Below, one piece after another: positions 63,301-64,000 of a stretch of 64,000 bases of DNA (within the stretch, counting starts at the first letter, position 1; the number at the start of each line of letters is the position of its first letter). The notes under the pieces are model-generated. The model ran no database searches. It saw only the letters and a program-made list of their open reading frames with translations, and was not told the origin of the DNA. The stretch is from Anthoceros angustus (Eukaryota; Plantae; Anthocerotophyta). Made by a program: the position numbers and the translations under genes. The stretch lies in the NCBI GenBank assembly GCA_010909165.1, contig MU008209.1, positions 344,779 to 408,778 of the forward strand, written 5' to 3'.

Positions 63301-64000
63301 AGTCTTTGTCAAGAACACACTAGTGGTGATCCTTTATGCAGATAGTTGTCTTCTCTCATAAGTGATAGAAACTATACAATGCGTGCACTTTAGATGATGG
63401 TCTCTATAGATTGTCAAGACAAGTGGGAGCCACCCATTCTCGCTAATGTTGCCATTCCAAACCCTGACACCTACCCAAACCATGCTTTGGCATTGTCGAA
63501 TTGGTCAAACCACCTAGGGGTAGGAAGATAGTAACCAGCAAATGGGTATTCAAAAATTAAAAGAAAAGGAGATGGTTCTATAGAAAGGTATAAGGCACGC
63601 CTAGTAGTAGGTTTTACACAAATTCGGTCTAGATTACATACCTTGGGCCACTTATGCCCCAAGAGCCAAATTTGCCACACTCAATGATATTTGCCTTATG
63701 TGCCCAACATGATCTTGAACTCCACATGATGGATGTTAAGACAACATATTTGTACCGCAAGAGGAAATATACATGAGACAACCCGAGGTTACGTCAAAGG
63801 CAAAGAAGATTGGGTATGCCGACTCATCAAAGGTTTGTATGGCCTTAAGCAAAAAGAATTGGAATTTAACCATACATGTACAACTTATTGGGAGAGGATT
63901 TAAGCAAAGCGTGGTGATGCTTGTATGTACATCCTAATATCCGCAATGATATATTTTATCTTCTACTTTATGTTGATGATGTTTTATGGCAACAAACTCC
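60322..64000 (+). repeat. Patchwork of duplicated segments of the copia locus
   Basis: 60322-61408 matches 54906-56042 (including a second LTR and PBS at about 60677-60908). 61400-62210 matches 59521-60331. 62202-63497 matches 56393-57694. 63498-64000 matches 59053-59567. Confidence 0.85.

Overview
This is eukaryotic land-plant nuclear DNA. The compact genes with introns of about 60-150 bp suggest a seed-free plant such as a hornwort or lycophyte, which is an inference only. A clean single-copy gene island at about 14.6-35.1 kb holds an intronless ESCRT-III CHMP1/VPS46, an At4g08330-like zinc-binding gene (tandemly duplicated, one copy frameshifted), a spliced ABC1K3-like kinase, TT9/GFS9 (CLEC16A-like), UBC37/UBE2T and a roughly 1000-aa P-class PPR gene. 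The left flank (1-14.6 kb) is a scrambled patchwork of repeats organised around a spacer-less palindrome centred at 12432/12433, and it contains inverted pieces of the CHMP1 locus. The right flank (36-64 kb) holds a MULE/SWIM-family (At4g13970-like) relic, a GC-rich LTR-like element with roughly 500-bp tandem units, and a decayed spliced gene with a ParB/Srx-like motif plus GCATG-centred palindromes. It ends with a frameshifted Ty1/copia element inserted beside that gene. Both flanks show many indel-rich duplications joined at 7-11 bp microhomologies, so part of the repeat architecture is probably an assembly or consensus artefact. The best candidates for a novel system are the ParB-like gene with its 16-bp palindromes and the giant CHMP1-associated palindrome.
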